This document shows positions 49,124 through 59,615 of a stretch of DNA of 64,000 nucleotides, piece by piece; within the stretch, counting starts at the first letter, position 1; each line of letters begins with the position of its first letter. The notes below the pieces were generated by a model, which saw only the letters and a list, made by a program, of their open reading frames with translations, was not told the DNA's origin and ran no database searches. The stretch comes from Opitutales bacterium (lineage in GTDB: Bacteria > Verrucomicrobiota > Verrucomicrobiia > Opitutales > PNEW01), in contig CBDANS010000007.1 of NCBI GenBank assembly GCA_965197745.1, positions 832,001 through 896,000 of the forward strand. The letters are read 5' to 3'. Both the position numbers and the translations under genes were made by a program.

Positions 49124-50320
49124 CTATCGTAAAAATACATAGCCCATCGCTGCGGAAAAAATAACGACCGACCATGATGGGTACTTCCAAATGGCAAGCA
49201 AACCGAAAGCCACTAAGCCAAGAATAAAATCGCGAGTATCATGGATGGCGCCGGACCATACCGGATTATAAAGTGCGGCTAATAATAAGCCCACTACCGC
49301 AGCATTAATCCCTTTAAGTGACGCCTGGGTTGCTGGTAACTGTCGCAATTTATCCCAATAGGGGAGCACTCCTAACAAGAGTAGAAATGAAGGTAGATAA
49401 ATTGCAGAGAGGCACCCAAGTCCCACAAACCAGCCGTTAGGACCAGGTTGCATAACGGTTCCTAGATAGGCAGCGAATGAAAAGAGGGGGCCGGGAATTA
49501 CCTGGGCTGCACCATATCCTGCAAGAAACTGGTCTTCACTTACCCAACCTGGAGGGACAACCCCCGTTTGAAGTAAAGGGAGAACGACGTGACCTCCGCC
49601 GAAGACGAGCGATCCGGCTCGATAAAAGTTGTCAAATAAGACCAGTGAATGATGAGGGTAAATAGCGGTGAACACAGGGAGACCTATAAGCAAGAGGGAA
49701 AAAAAAATAAGACATATGAAGCTCAGTTTTTTATGAATCTTTATCGGTAGCGACTCTACTGAAGCCGTTTCCCCTGAGTTTCTATAAATTATCCATCCGA
49801 TAATTCCACCGATAATTATACTGAGAATTTGGGTCGACGGACCAGGCCAGGCTAATATTCCAATAGCAGATAACAGAGCGAGGGTAATACGATTACGGTC
49901 AGGACATAATTTGGTGGCCATTCCCCATACCGCTTGAGCGACCACGGCGACAGCCACGATTTTTAATCCTGCGAGCAAACCTGACTGATTTAATTCGGCC
50001 AGCGATGATACACCATAGGCAAAGCCGATGAGCGCTATGGCTGAGGGTGTGGTAAAGCCCAGCCATGCTGCGATGCCTCCGGCCAATCCTCCTCGAGATA
50101 ATCCAATGGTGATACCTGTCTGACTGCTCGCGGGTCCTGGTAAAAACTGGCACAAGGCGACAATATCAGCATAGGTATTCTCCTTTAGCCAACGGCGACG
50201 GATTATAAATTCTTCTCGAAAGAACCCGAGGTGAGCCACGGGCCCACCAAATGAAGTTAAGCCCAATTTCAGGAATACAAAAAAGATTTCACCAAATGAT
50301 GATTTTTTAGCGTCAACCAT
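49124..50320 (-). CDS. chrA: Chromate efflux transporter
   Basis: SFGGPVAH, LPGPASSQ, VFGGGHVVLP and PGPLF motifs. Confidence 0.95.
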   Translation of the reverse strand: MVDAKKSSFGEIFFVFLKLGLTSFGGPVAHLGFFREEFIIRRRWLKENTYADIVALCQFLPGPASSQTGITIGLSRGGLAGGIAAWLGFTTPSAIALIGFAYGVSSLAELNQSGLLAGLKIVAVAVVAQAVWGMATKLCPDRNRITLALLSAIGILAWPGPSTQILSIIIGGIIGWIIYRNSGETASVESLPIKIHKKLSFICLIFFSLLLIGLPVFTAIYPHHSLVLFDNFYRAGSLVFGGGHVVLPLLQTGVVPPGWVSEDQFLAGYGAAQVIPGPLFSFAAYLGTVMQPGPNGWFVGLGCLSAIYLPSFLLLLGVLPYWDKLRQLPATQASLKGINAAVVGLLLAALYNPVWSGAIHDTRDFILGLVAFGLLAIWKYPSWSVVIFSAAMGYVFLR

Positions 50321-50594
50321 TTTTAACGCTTAGAGAAAATAATCATGCCCCTCTATGTTAATTAAATAACTATAAAATTTTAAAACTTATGATTTTTCTA
50401 CAACGGCCACGATTTGATGTCGTCCCGCAATTACAGGACTGTATTCAGAGGATAAATGATATACTCAAAGTATTTTTTATGCTAATTGGGCCTATCTTAA
50501 TCAAGGACGCTTACATCAGTTGTCAGGACCCTGCCTTATATTAAAACGGTGCCAGTTTGAGTGAAAAACTGGGGTATTTAATATAAATAGAGGT

Positions 50595-51521
50595 TCAACT
50601 TACTTTTTCCATTACTCGACCCTGGGCCTGTGCAATAATGTCGACATCCACTAACTCACTCCAAGCTTGCATAAGCTTTTTAAAAACAGGGCCTGGTTTT
50701 CCATTTCCAATTTGGTATTGGTTAAATTGTGTTACCGGTAGAAGGCAATAGGATGTACTGGAAAAGAAAGCTTCATCGGAATTGATGACATGGTAGGGCT
50801 GTATGTCTTCTTCACTGGTGGGTATTCCCAATTCCCTTGCTAACTCCATGGCCGTGGCACGGCTAATGCCGTCCAGGGTATTCTCAACTTTGGGTGATCT
50901 TAATACACCCTCTGAAAAAATTAGGAAATTCGCACCTTTATTCTCCGTAAGGTTTCCGTTAAGATCCATAAAAAGCGAGTACGCTTCAGGATCTGCCGCT
51001 TTCACTTCAAATTCACCCAAAATTAAAAAAAGCCGACTCTTGTGCTTAAGTTTTGAATCCAATGTCTGGGGTGAGATGTGACGGATAGTTGGGATCACCG
51101 CATGTGCACCGGTTTCGTAAAGATGCGCATAATTATGGAAACTGAGAAGAGGGGTCGCGATAATGAGCGATGGGTTATGAAACTCCCAGCCGCCAACAAC
51201 CTGTTTCATCGTCCCACCGGAAATATAAGGATTTAACCAGACATCCATCTCTGGATCAATACGCGGCTTATTTGCTTCCAGGACTTCCAGAGTTAATCTT
51301 TCCATTTCCTCGAGTTCTATCCCGGGATTGATTCGCGCGGTGCGCATGGATCGGTAAAAACGAGCGATATGCTCGCGTAATTTGAAGGGCTTGTGCGCGA
51401 AAGTTCGGGCGCTATCAAACACCGAATATCCCCAACCAATACTCGAATCTGAGTGGTGGATTCTTACTTCAGAATCGGGAACTAACTTTCCGTTAAAATA
51501 GGTGATGAATTCATCTGTCAT
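50595..51521 (-). CDS. Aminotransferase class IV (BCAT/D-amino acid/ADC lyase-like)
   Basis: YFNGK, FKLREHIARF, KLKHKSR, LDGISR and GKPGP motifs. Confidence 0.9.
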   Translation of the reverse strand: MTDEFITYFNGKLVPDSEVRIHHSDSSIGWGYSVFDSARTFAHKPFKLREHIARFYRSMRTARINPGIELEEMERLTLEVLEANKPRIDPEMDVWLNPYISGGTMKQVVGGWEFHNPSLIIATPLLSFHNYAHLYETGAHAVIPTIRHISPQTLDSKLKHKSRLFLILGEFEVKAADPEAYSLFMDLNGNLTENKGANFLIFSEGVLRSPKVENTLDGISRATAMELARELGIPTSEEDIQPYHVINSDEAFFSSTSYCLLPVTQFNQYQIGNGKPGPVFKKLMQAWSELVDVDIIAQAQGRVMEKVS

Positions 51522-51630
51522 TTTCTGGCTCCTTGTTTATTTGTTTTATCTTTAAATGGACTATGTTCCGCTGAAATAATTTACTAAAGTGACACCTTAT
51601 CCGACATTCCTTGAGAAAAAAATGATGTCA

Positions 51631-52683
51631 TCAGGGTTGGAGTACGACGCGGCCCGAGACATTGCCTTTTCGGAGATCATTTAAGGCTTCATTCGCATCC
51701 TTGAGGGGGCGCGTTTTTATCGGTATTGGTGACACGCTTCCCGCCTTCACTAAGTCGACAAGCTCAAACATTTCGGTCAGGGTGCCCATTTTTGATCCCC
51801 GTATTTTCAACATTCTTTGCATCACTAAGGCCAGCGGTAAAGATAAGGCACCTCCGTAAAGTCCAACCGAGACTAATGTTCCGCCATTACGTAATATATC
51901 GATTCCGAATTGAGCAGTCGACGGCATACCAACGAAATCAATGGCCGCGGCGGCGCCGCCGCCAGTTAATTCTTTAACATTCTCGATCGCGGTTGGATCA
52001 CTATTGTCAATCGTTTCCTCGGCGCCGGAGTGCTGGGCAACATCCAGTTTCACGCTGTCAATATCGGCAACGATAACTTTACCTTTCACCACGTTGGGAG
52101 CGATTGTCAGGGCACTCAGACCAAGTCCCCCGGCGCCGATGAGGACAACCGCATCACTTTCGGTTTTCACTTCTGTTTTATTGAGAGCACTGTAAGCCGT
52201 AATCCCAGAGCAGGCATAGGTGCATGCAAGTTCTGACGGTATGCCGGTGTAATCAATCAGGTACTTAGGATGGGGGACAACAACATGATCACTATACCCC
52301 CCTCCACGAAAAACACCGATGTACTGAGGGGTTGTGCAAAGCATGTTTTCATCACGTAAGCATGCTTTGCACGCTCCACAACCAATCCACGGATAAACAA
52401 TTTTCCTGTCTCCTTCCGCTATGCCTTCAGCTTCCGGTCCCCATGTCTTAACGACACCGACAACTTCATGTCCCATCGTGAAAGGTGGGGTTAAACCGCG
52501 CTCAGAAAATAAAAGCTGTTCATCGCCCCCCAGTTTTAAGTATCCATCACAGATGTGAATATCAGAATGGCAGACGCCACAGGCATCGACGCGTACGATT
52601 ACCTCGGTGCCTGTTGGTTTTGGAGTCGGCAGGTCCCGTGCTTCCAGCGGTTTTCCCCAGTCAACTACCTGATAGCTGCGCAT
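51631..52683 (-). CDS. Zinc-dependent alcohol dehydrogenase
   Basis: CHSD, GHE, CGACKAC and GAGGLG motifs. Confidence 0.95.
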   Translation of the reverse strand: MRSYQVVDWGKPLEARDLPTPKPTGTEVIVRVDACGVCHSDIHICDGYLKLGGDEQLLFSERGLTPPFTMGHEVVGVVKTWGPEAEGIAEGDRKIVYPWIGCGACKACLRDENMLCTTPQYIGVFRGGGYSDHVVVPHPKYLIDYTGIPSELACTYACSGITAYSALNKTEVKTESDAVVLIGAGGLGLSALTIAPNVVKGKVIVADIDSVKLDVAQHSGAEETIDNSDPTAIENVKELTGGGAAAAIDFVGMPSTAQFGIDILRNGGTLVSVGLYGGALSLPLALVMQRMLKIRGSKMGTLTEMFELVDLVKAGSVSPIPIKTRPLKDANEALNDLRKGNVSGRVVLQP

Positions 52684-52899
52684 GATTCCTTCCTGATATC
52701 GTTTTGTGAGGTAAATCAGTTTATGATGACAACTGAGAGAGATATGAAATGTGATTTAATAAATGAAACTTGTAAAGGGTTGATTCTTTAGTTGAGGAAA
52801 CTTGATCTCACGAAGTGACATGTGCAGCAGCGATATAAGGTTGTTAATTTGTTAAGATTATCTTCAATCTTCGACCGCTACCTTGTTGCTCGGAATATT

Positions 52900-54325
52900 T
52901 TATAATCCAGTTTGAATACGGAATTGCGCACTGAAAACACTATAGCTTATCAGAGCCATAACCGGCACAACAAAGCCGCCCACCCCGGGGATCCATTGCA
53001 GGCCGATGAGGACGAAAAAAAGAAGGCGGGTTAACCATTTTAAGAGGAAACTGTGTCTTAAAGGAATATATTGCCGAAAGGGGCTGACAAGTCTCATGCG
53101 GTAATAAATAATCCCTGGCACCAGGCCTATTATGGGGATGAGGCTGAATAAAAAGGCAATTCCGCATACTCCGGGAACGCGCAAGCGGATTCGGTGGAGA
53201 TAATATCTGGCAAAATCTTTCTCCGCCATTAATTCATGTCCACAGGCTTCACACCTTTGCTTGACTGCGCGTTGTTTGAAGCGTGTTGCGCACACAGGGC
53301 ATCTTTTCTTTGCCGCCAGGCGATAGGGGTGCTCTTCAAGATCATTTTCGACTTTCTTTTTCGACTGGCCGAGCATCCCCACCTTGTTCGGGTTTTCTCG
53401 TTTCTCTCCGCAATGAGGACAGGCCAGAGCTGATCGGTAAACACTCTCTCCACAATGCGTGCATTCAACTTTTGATTTCTCTTCGCGATAAGTGGCGTAT
53501 TTTTGGGCGAGGTAAAGGATTCCTAAAGCAACCCCATTGATGACCAGCATCAGGATTGGGAAAAGCAAGAGGAGGACGATACCGAATGCAGCCCAGATAT
53601 CCTCAATCCAGCTTATCAGGTTTTGAATTCCGAGATCGTCATCCTCGTCAGCTGTTCGCAGCGCTTCGAGTAAAGCTATTCTCAACCTGCTTGCGCCGAA
53701 TGCCGCGCCGGCAACAAATACGGTGCAAATTGTATCGAAGACTCCCGCCTGTGCCAGTGTTTTTTCGATAAAATCAATATCTATCGCGCTCACCACACCT
53801 AAATACGATAGACCTGCTAATGCCGTTTTTGTGTAACCGTCAATTTCCTGTAACGCGATTCTCGCTTCAGGAATTTTATCGGCAGCCATCTCGAGAATAG
53901 AGAGCAAGCCCAAGATAGTAATCGTTGCGCCATGCGTAAACCATGTGGGCTCTTCTCCAATGTGATGAATAAGATCAATATCATTGAGAAGTGGAATTAC
54001 ATTACCGTAACGCAACGAGAAAGCGGTTATGAATGCGGGAAGGACCCTTTGTGTAACCGTCAATTTCCTGTAACGCGATTCTCGCTTCAGGAATTTTATC
54101 GGCAGCCATCTCGAGAATAGAGAGCAAGCCCAAGATAGTAATCGTTGCGCCATGCGTAAACCATGTGGGCTCTTCTCCAATGTGATGAATAAGATCAATA
54201 TCATTGAGAAGTGGAATTACATTACCGTAACGCAACGAGAAAGCGGTTATGAATGCGGGAAGGAAAGCACGAGAGGAAAACATTCCAATCGAACCTAAAC
54301 CATGCACTAATGCATTAATGTCCAT
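52900..54325 (-). pseudogene. DUF4126-like membrane protein with double zinc ribbon, frameshifted by a 220-bp internal duplication
   Basis: MDINAL...SSRAFLPAF...LEMAADKIP, SWIED, CTHC..CPHC, CPVC..CEAC. Removing one repeat unit gives a single 401-aa ORF. Confidence 0.8.
53828..54264. repeat. Perfect 217-bp tandem direct repeat (53828-54044, 54048-54264) with a CCC spacer
   Basis: Identical sequence at an offset of 220 by direct comparison. Confidence 0.95.
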
Positions 54326-54759
54326 GATATGATGGAGTATTATTTTCTTTCAGCAGACAATGGCAAAAGATTGCTCACCGCTCTCAAGGACCAATTGCTC
54401 CTTTAATATAAAAATTAAGTCTATTGATTAAACACTGTGTGATAATCAATAGGTTAGAGTGAATACGGGAATAATTAATGTTTATTTGAGGTTTAAGACG
54501 GAACGTTTGAGACAGAATGTCTGTCCTATCATTAATGGATAGTGATGCTCATTGACGCTCTTTATAGAGTATCAGCATTTAATTATAAGAATCTTATAAT
54601 TAATAGTTTATCAAGATAGGAAGATTTGCTCATCATGATTTAATAATATTTATTAAACCAAAAACTCGACAAACTTAAATTGTTATTTATCAATATAATA
54701 TAACTTAATTGGAACATTGAACATTTTTTAGATAAACCCGAATAGATTCGATATTAACG

Positions 54760-57012
54760 ATGAAAACAAAGCTGATACTAATCCTCACACTATCCATTGG
54801 AATACTTGTAAACTTAACCTTTGCTCAAACGGGCACCTTTGATTTTGAAAATGATACGGCGGCAGGGACAGAATTTATCATCGGCCAATCGCCAACGAGT
54901 ATTCATGTAATAAACTTTACCCTGGAGACAGTGGATGATCCCGCACTTGCGCATTCAGGCACAAAAGCCCTGGTCCTTGTGCCCGGTGCTTCGGAGGGAA
55001 AAATTCTTTTTGAAAGAGGGGTGAACAATCTCCAGTTCTATGCCGCTGATACCGGGGGAGGGGGCCGCATTGAGTTAAGAGATAAAGTTTTTCTTGTTTT
55101 GCACCCAAATGGTACGGTAGACGGCCTTCCCGGTAACATCAGTCCAGGCGCTAGTCCTCCTCTGCATAGTTTCGTTGCTTTCAGTGGGGTATTCAATGAT
55201 CTCTCGGATCTAAATTTTACGAATGGCATCAAGGAAATTAAAATTGTTAATGCCTCCGGCCGGGTTTCCATCGATGACCTTACTTTTACCAATGTTGAAG
55301 GACCTCCCAACAATACTTTTTTCGAAGATTTTTCAGATTTAGATAATCATCCCATTTTTGGGGAAGATTTTGTAAACCGCGTAAATTTTACCCTCGGTCA
55401 ATCACCGAACACGGCTCACTTTACTATGGGTGTCGTTACCGCCATCAGTGTCTCAACCTATGGAAGCGCCGGTAGGCCCTTTAATCACACTTTCCCCTTA
55501 TCCCCAGCGCAGGGTGGTGATTTTGAAAGTGGTTCCTGGCAGGTACTTGATGAAACGATGGGAGAAATAAATTTTGAAGAAACACCGGCAGGAAAAGTGG
55601 AATTTTATGCAGTGGTGGGAGAGGAAGGTGATGGAAGGTTAGATGTTTATGATACGGCAGACAATCTACTCACTTCTACGACCGATATACCTTTAAATAT
55701 TAGTATCGAGTTAGAGGGCTCCATCTTTACCTATTTTTCTTTTGACGCTGTTGAATTAGGAGCGCCCGACGGGATAGGAAAAGTTACCTATAATAATGAT
55801 CCCTCACCGCAGGCGCAGACCGGTGGGTTTTTAACAAATATCGCCCTTGACGACTTTGGCTTTACACCGATCGGCATCCCGTCAGGTGGGGAACCACCCC
55901 CTGCTGAGGGACCCGTTATTACGACTCAACCCGCTAGCCAGGAAGTGCAGTCCGGTACCGCTATAGCATTAACGGTCGCCGCCAGCGGTGATGATCTTAC
56001 TTACCAATGGTTCACCGGCAATAGCGGTGACACCGTCAGTCCCGTCGCCGGTGCCACGAGTAGCACTTTAACCACCGGCGCTCTCACCGCGAGCACAAGC
56101 TACTGGGCGCAGGTTACAAATGCCGGCGGCACCGCTGACAGCGATACCGCAGTCATCACCGTAGCCGCTCCCTCTGTTCCCCTCGTCCTTGATGGCTCTG
56201 GCGATATCGCCGGTGAGAACATCCAGCATGCCAACGGCAATGTCTTCGACCAGATTTTACTCACTGGAGAGTTCGTCCAACTCCAGGCCAAACCGGGACA
56301 GATCACCCGCGTTTCCTTCATGGACGAAAACGAGGACATTGTACAGGTAGAGTTCTCAGGTAACGGGACCTTTACCGTAACCCTGGACCCGGCCACTTTC
56401 CTGCCTCCGGCCATACCCCCACGCTACAACCAGGCCGTTGAATATGTGACAGGCAAGCCGAGCGTGGTCATCGACGGAGCGGACGCCAATACCTTCTTCA
56501 GCATCTTCACCGTGGGCAGGATCAACGCCTTTAACCAGGCCCTCTTCCCCGAAGGACAGGTCTATGACGCCCAAGCCGACGTGGCCCTCGTGGAAGTAGT
56601 CAACTCCACAGGACTGGGAGGGGTGCAGTTATCGAACACCGTGTTTAGTGGAAGCACCGGCAAGGTCGGCTTCGATGCGCGCGGCGTGCCGATCGCGGTA
56701 CGCTTAACAATTGGCGACATCGATGCTGATGGCGATGCGGTGTCCCACATATTATTCGCTGACGGGTCCTTCACGGTACCCGCGGGCAACCCCGGGTTGA
56801 GGATCACCGGTGGCGACCTCTTGCAGACGAACGGCGTCGCGGTCGTCGTCGCGGAGAGTGGTTCAACAACGACCGGGTTTGAGACCCTGATCACGCAGAA
56901 TAATTTTAAATCTGACAACACCCCTCAGCCCACGCAGAGCATTGATGCCACCTTCGCCAATGAAGACGGTGATGACATCACGGTTGCCATTGAAGAAATA
57001 ACAATAGAATAA
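54760..57012 (+). CDS. Secreted protein: two beta-sandwich repeats, an Ig domain and a conserved C-terminal module
   Basis: Signal peptide (LTFA-Q); ITTQP...YQW...YWAQVTN Ig domain; NGNVFDQILL...ITRVSF...DIVQVEFSG module. Confidence 0.85.
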   Translation: MKTKLILILTLSIGILVNLTFAQTGTFDFENDTAAGTEFIIGQSPTSIHVINFTLETVDDPALAHSGTKALVLVPGASEGKILFERGVNNLQFYAADTGGGGRIELRDKVFLVLHPNGTVDGLPGNISPGASPPLHSFVAFSGVFNDLSDLNFTNGIKEIKIVNASGRVSIDDLTFTNVEGPPNNTFFEDFSDLDNHPIFGEDFVNRVNFTLGQSPNTAHFTMGVVTAISVSTYGSAGRPFNHTFPLSPAQGGDFESGSWQVLDETMGEINFEETPAGKVEFYAVVGEEGDGRLDVYDTADNLLTSTTDIPLNISIELEGSIFTYFSFDAVELGAPDGIGKVTYNNDPSPQAQTGGFLTNIALDDFGFTPIGIPSGGEPPPAEGPVITTQPASQEVQSGTAIALTVAASGDDLTYQWFTGNSGDTVSPVAGATSSTLTTGALTASTSYWAQVTNAGGTADSDTAVITVAAPSVPLVLDGSGDIAGENIQHANGNVFDQILLTGEFVQLQAKPGQITRVSFMDENEDIVQVEFSGNGTFTVTLDPATFLPPAIPPRYNQAVEYVTGKPSVVIDGADANTFFSIFTVGRINAFNQALFPEGQVYDAQADVALVEVVNSTGLGGVQLSNTVFSGSTGKVGFDARGVPIAVRLTIGDIDADGDAVSHILFADGSFTVPAGNPGLRITGGDLLQTNGVAVVVAESGSTTTGFETLITQNNFKSDNTPQPTQSIDATFANEDGDDITVAIEEITIE

Positions 57013-57038
57013 AAAAAACTTATTATTAAATTCTTTTT

Positions 57039-57071
57039 AAAAACCCGTTTTCGTAATGAAAACGGGTTTTT
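57039..57071 (+). terminator. Intrinsic terminator
   Basis: AAAAACCCGTTTTC-GTAAT-GAAAACGGGTTTTT just after the stop at 57012. Confidence 0.85.
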
Positions 57072-57203
57072 CAATACTCTAAATCAAATTTAACAAATGA
57101 CTGTCTTAGTTTTAGATTTATCTAATTATCACGGTCCGCTTTTGAACGAAAATCATTTTAATCACATTACGGCATAACCTTAACTTACATCCTAAGAACT
57201 GAA

Positions 57204-59447
57204 ATGTTTAAGATAAGATTCATTACCAGCTTGTGTCTATCCATTGGGATTCCATTCCTCATCACTAATGCTCAAACGGCCACTTACGATTTTGAAAATG
57301 ATACTGCCGAAGGGACAGAATTTATCATCGGCCAGTCACCAACGAGCATCCATGTGATAAATTTTACCCTGGAAACGGTGGAAAATCCCGCTCTTGCCCA
57401 TTCCGGGACCAAGGCCCTGGTTCTCGTTCCCGGCGCTACCGAAGGTAAAATAATTATGGAAAGAGGCGTTCAGGATCTACAGTTCTATGTTGCCGATACC
57501 CAGGGTGGAGGACGCGTCGAATTAAGGGATAAAAACTTTCTTGTATTACATGAGAATGGAGTCGTGAATGGGTTTCCCGCTGACATCAGTTCCGGGGCAA
57601 ATCCGCCCGCACAAAATTTCGTTGCCTTCAACAGTGATATCTTCGTTACCACGGATCTCAATTATACGAATGGCATCAAAGAAATAAAAATTGTTAATCC
57701 CTCAGGTCAAATTTCCCTCGATGACCTCACGTTTACCAATGTCATTGGGCCCCCTAACAATATTTTTTTTGAAGATTTTTCAGTTCTAAGTAATCATCCC
57801 ATTTTTAAGGTGCCGGTTAATCGTGCCAATTTTACCCTCGGTCAATCACCCGTGACGGCTACATTTTCGGGTGGTATTGTTACGACCATATTTTACGGTG
57901 GCGCGGGTGGCGCGGGACGACCCTTTAATCACACTTATCCCTTATCACCCAGTGATTTAGCTGAGTTAGAATCTGCCTCCTGGCGGGTCCTTGATGAAAC
58001 AGAAGGCGAAATTAATTTTAACGAAACACCGATGGCAAAGGTAGAATTTTACGCTGCGGTAGGGGAGGAAGGCGATGGGACAATAGAAGTTTACGATACC
58101 TCAGATAATCTACTCACCTCGACTAATGATATCCCCTTAAATATGAGTTTCGAGATTGAGGGATTTCCCTTTACCTTTTTCTCTTTTGCCGCAGAAGAAT
58201 TAGGCGCACCGGAGGGAATAGGAAAAATTATATACAAGAACGCTCCCTCGCCCCAGGCGCAGACAGGGGGCTTTTTAACGGATATTGCTATCGATGATAT
58301 TGGATTCACTCCCGTTGGCGTCGGGACACCCCCTCCCGCTGAAGGGCCCGCGATCACCACCCAGCCCGTCAGCCAGGAAGTGCAGTCCGGCACGGCTATT
58401 GCATTATCTGTTGTTGCCAGCGGTGATGATCTCACCTACCAGTGGTATACCGGCAATAGTGGTGACACGGTAGCTCCCGTCGCCGGTGCCACCGGAAGTA
58501 CTTTAACTACCGGCGCCCTTACCGCGAGCACGAACTACTGGGTGCAGGTAACTAATACCGGCGGCACCGCAGACAGCGATACCGCGGTCATCACCGTGTC
58601 AGCGCCTCCCATTCCCCTCGTCCTTGACGGCTCGGGCGATATCGCCGGTGAAGACATTCAGCATGCCAACGGCAACGTCTTCGACCAGATTTTACTCACC
58701 GGAGAGTTCGTCCAACTCCAGGCCAAACCGGGACAGATCACCCGCGTTTCCTTCATGGACGATAACGAAGACATTGTGCAGGTAGAGTTCTCAGGTAACG
58801 GTACCTTTACCGTAACCCTGGACCCGGCCACCTTCCTGCCTCCGGCTGTCCCACCACGCTACAACCAGTCAGTAGAGTATGTGACGGGCAAACCCAGCGT
58901 GGTCATCGACGGAGCAGACGCCAATACCTTCTTCAGCATCTTCACGGTGGGAAGGATCAACGCCTTTAACCAGGCGCTGTTCCCCGAGGGACAGGTCTAT
59001 GACGCCCAGGCCGATGTGGCCCTCGTAGAAGTAGTCAACTCCACGGGACTGGGAGGGGTACAGTTATCGAATGCCGTATTCAGTGGAAGCACGGGCAAGG
59101 TCGGCTTCGATGCGCGTGGCGTACCGATAGCGGTACGCTTGACCGTTGGCGACATTGACGCCGAGGGCGATGCGGTGCCGCATCTCCTGTTCGGAGAAGG
59201 GTCCTTCACGGTACCGGCGGGCAACCCCGGGATGAGGATCACCGGGGGCGACCTGTTGCAGACGAACGGCGCCGCAGTTGTGGTCGCCGAAAGTGGTTCA
59301 ACAACCACCGGGTTTGAGACCCTGATCACGCAGAATAACTTCAAGTCTGACGAAACGCCTCAGCCGACACTGAGTATCGATGCCACTTTCGCCAACGAGG
59401 ACGGCGATGAGATCACTGTGGCTATTGATGAGATTACGATAGAATGA
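57204..59447 (+). CDS. Tandem paralogue of 54760-57012
   Basis: Colinear over the full length; C-terminal half nearly identical in protein sequence. Confidence 0.85.
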   Translation: MFKIRFITSLCLSIGIPFLITNAQTATYDFENDTAEGTEFIIGQSPTSIHVINFTLETVENPALAHSGTKALVLVPGATEGKIIMERGVQDLQFYVADTQGGGRVELRDKNFLVLHENGVVNGFPADISSGANPPAQNFVAFNSDIFVTTDLNYTNGIKEIKIVNPSGQISLDDLTFTNVIGPPNNIFFEDFSVLSNHPIFKVPVNRANFTLGQSPVTATFSGGIVTTIFYGGAGGAGRPFNHTYPLSPSDLAELESASWRVLDETEGEINFNETPMAKVEFYAAVGEEGDGTIEVYDTSDNLLTSTNDIPLNMSFEIEGFPFTFFSFAAEELGAPEGIGKIIYKNAPSPQAQTGGFLTDIAIDDIGFTPVGVGTPPPAEGPAITTQPVSQEVQSGTAIALSVVASGDDLTYQWYTGNSGDTVAPVAGATGSTLTTGALTASTNYWVQVTNTGGTADSDTAVITVSAPPIPLVLDGSGDIAGEDIQHANGNVFDQILLTGEFVQLQAKPGQITRVSFMDDNEDIVQVEFSGNGTFTVTLDPATFLPPAVPPRYNQSVEYVTGKPSVVIDGADANTFFSIFTVGRINAFNQALFPEGQVYDAQADVALVEVVNSTGLGGVQLSNAVFSGSTGKVGFDARGVPIAVRLTVGDIDAEGDAVPHLLFGEGSFTVPAGNPGMRITGGDLLQTNGAAVVVAESGSTTTGFETLITQNNFKSDETPQPTLSIDATFANEDGDEITVAIDEITIE

Positions 59448-59473
59448 TGAGTGATCTATCGATCAGTTTTAGC

Positions 59474-59534
59474 CGCCGTCGTCCCGCGGGTGCGGGACTA
59501 TGGCGTGCCATGGGTGTTAAGTTTTAAGTGTTAA
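59474..59534. repeat. Small palindrome followed by three GTGTTAA-type heptamers
   Basis: CGCCGTCGTCCCGC-GGGT-GCGGGACTATGGCG, then GTGTTAA GTTTTAA GTGTTAA. Confidence 0.7.
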
Positions 59535-59615
59535 GGTGGAGCGGGTTTTGCGTTCGTAATTTGTCAACTTTCTTGTCCCCATGACTCTCTCTCAATTTCC
59601 CCATTCCTCATAAGC

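Noticed and set aside
54002..54325. Separate 107-aa gene
   Set aside because: It is the true N-terminus of the 52900 gene, cut off by the duplication.
53828..59447. Diversity-generating retroelement (TR/VR pair)
   Set aside because: The 217-bp copies are identical. Differences between the tandem genes are mostly third-position and not adenine-specific. No reverse transcriptase is present in the window.
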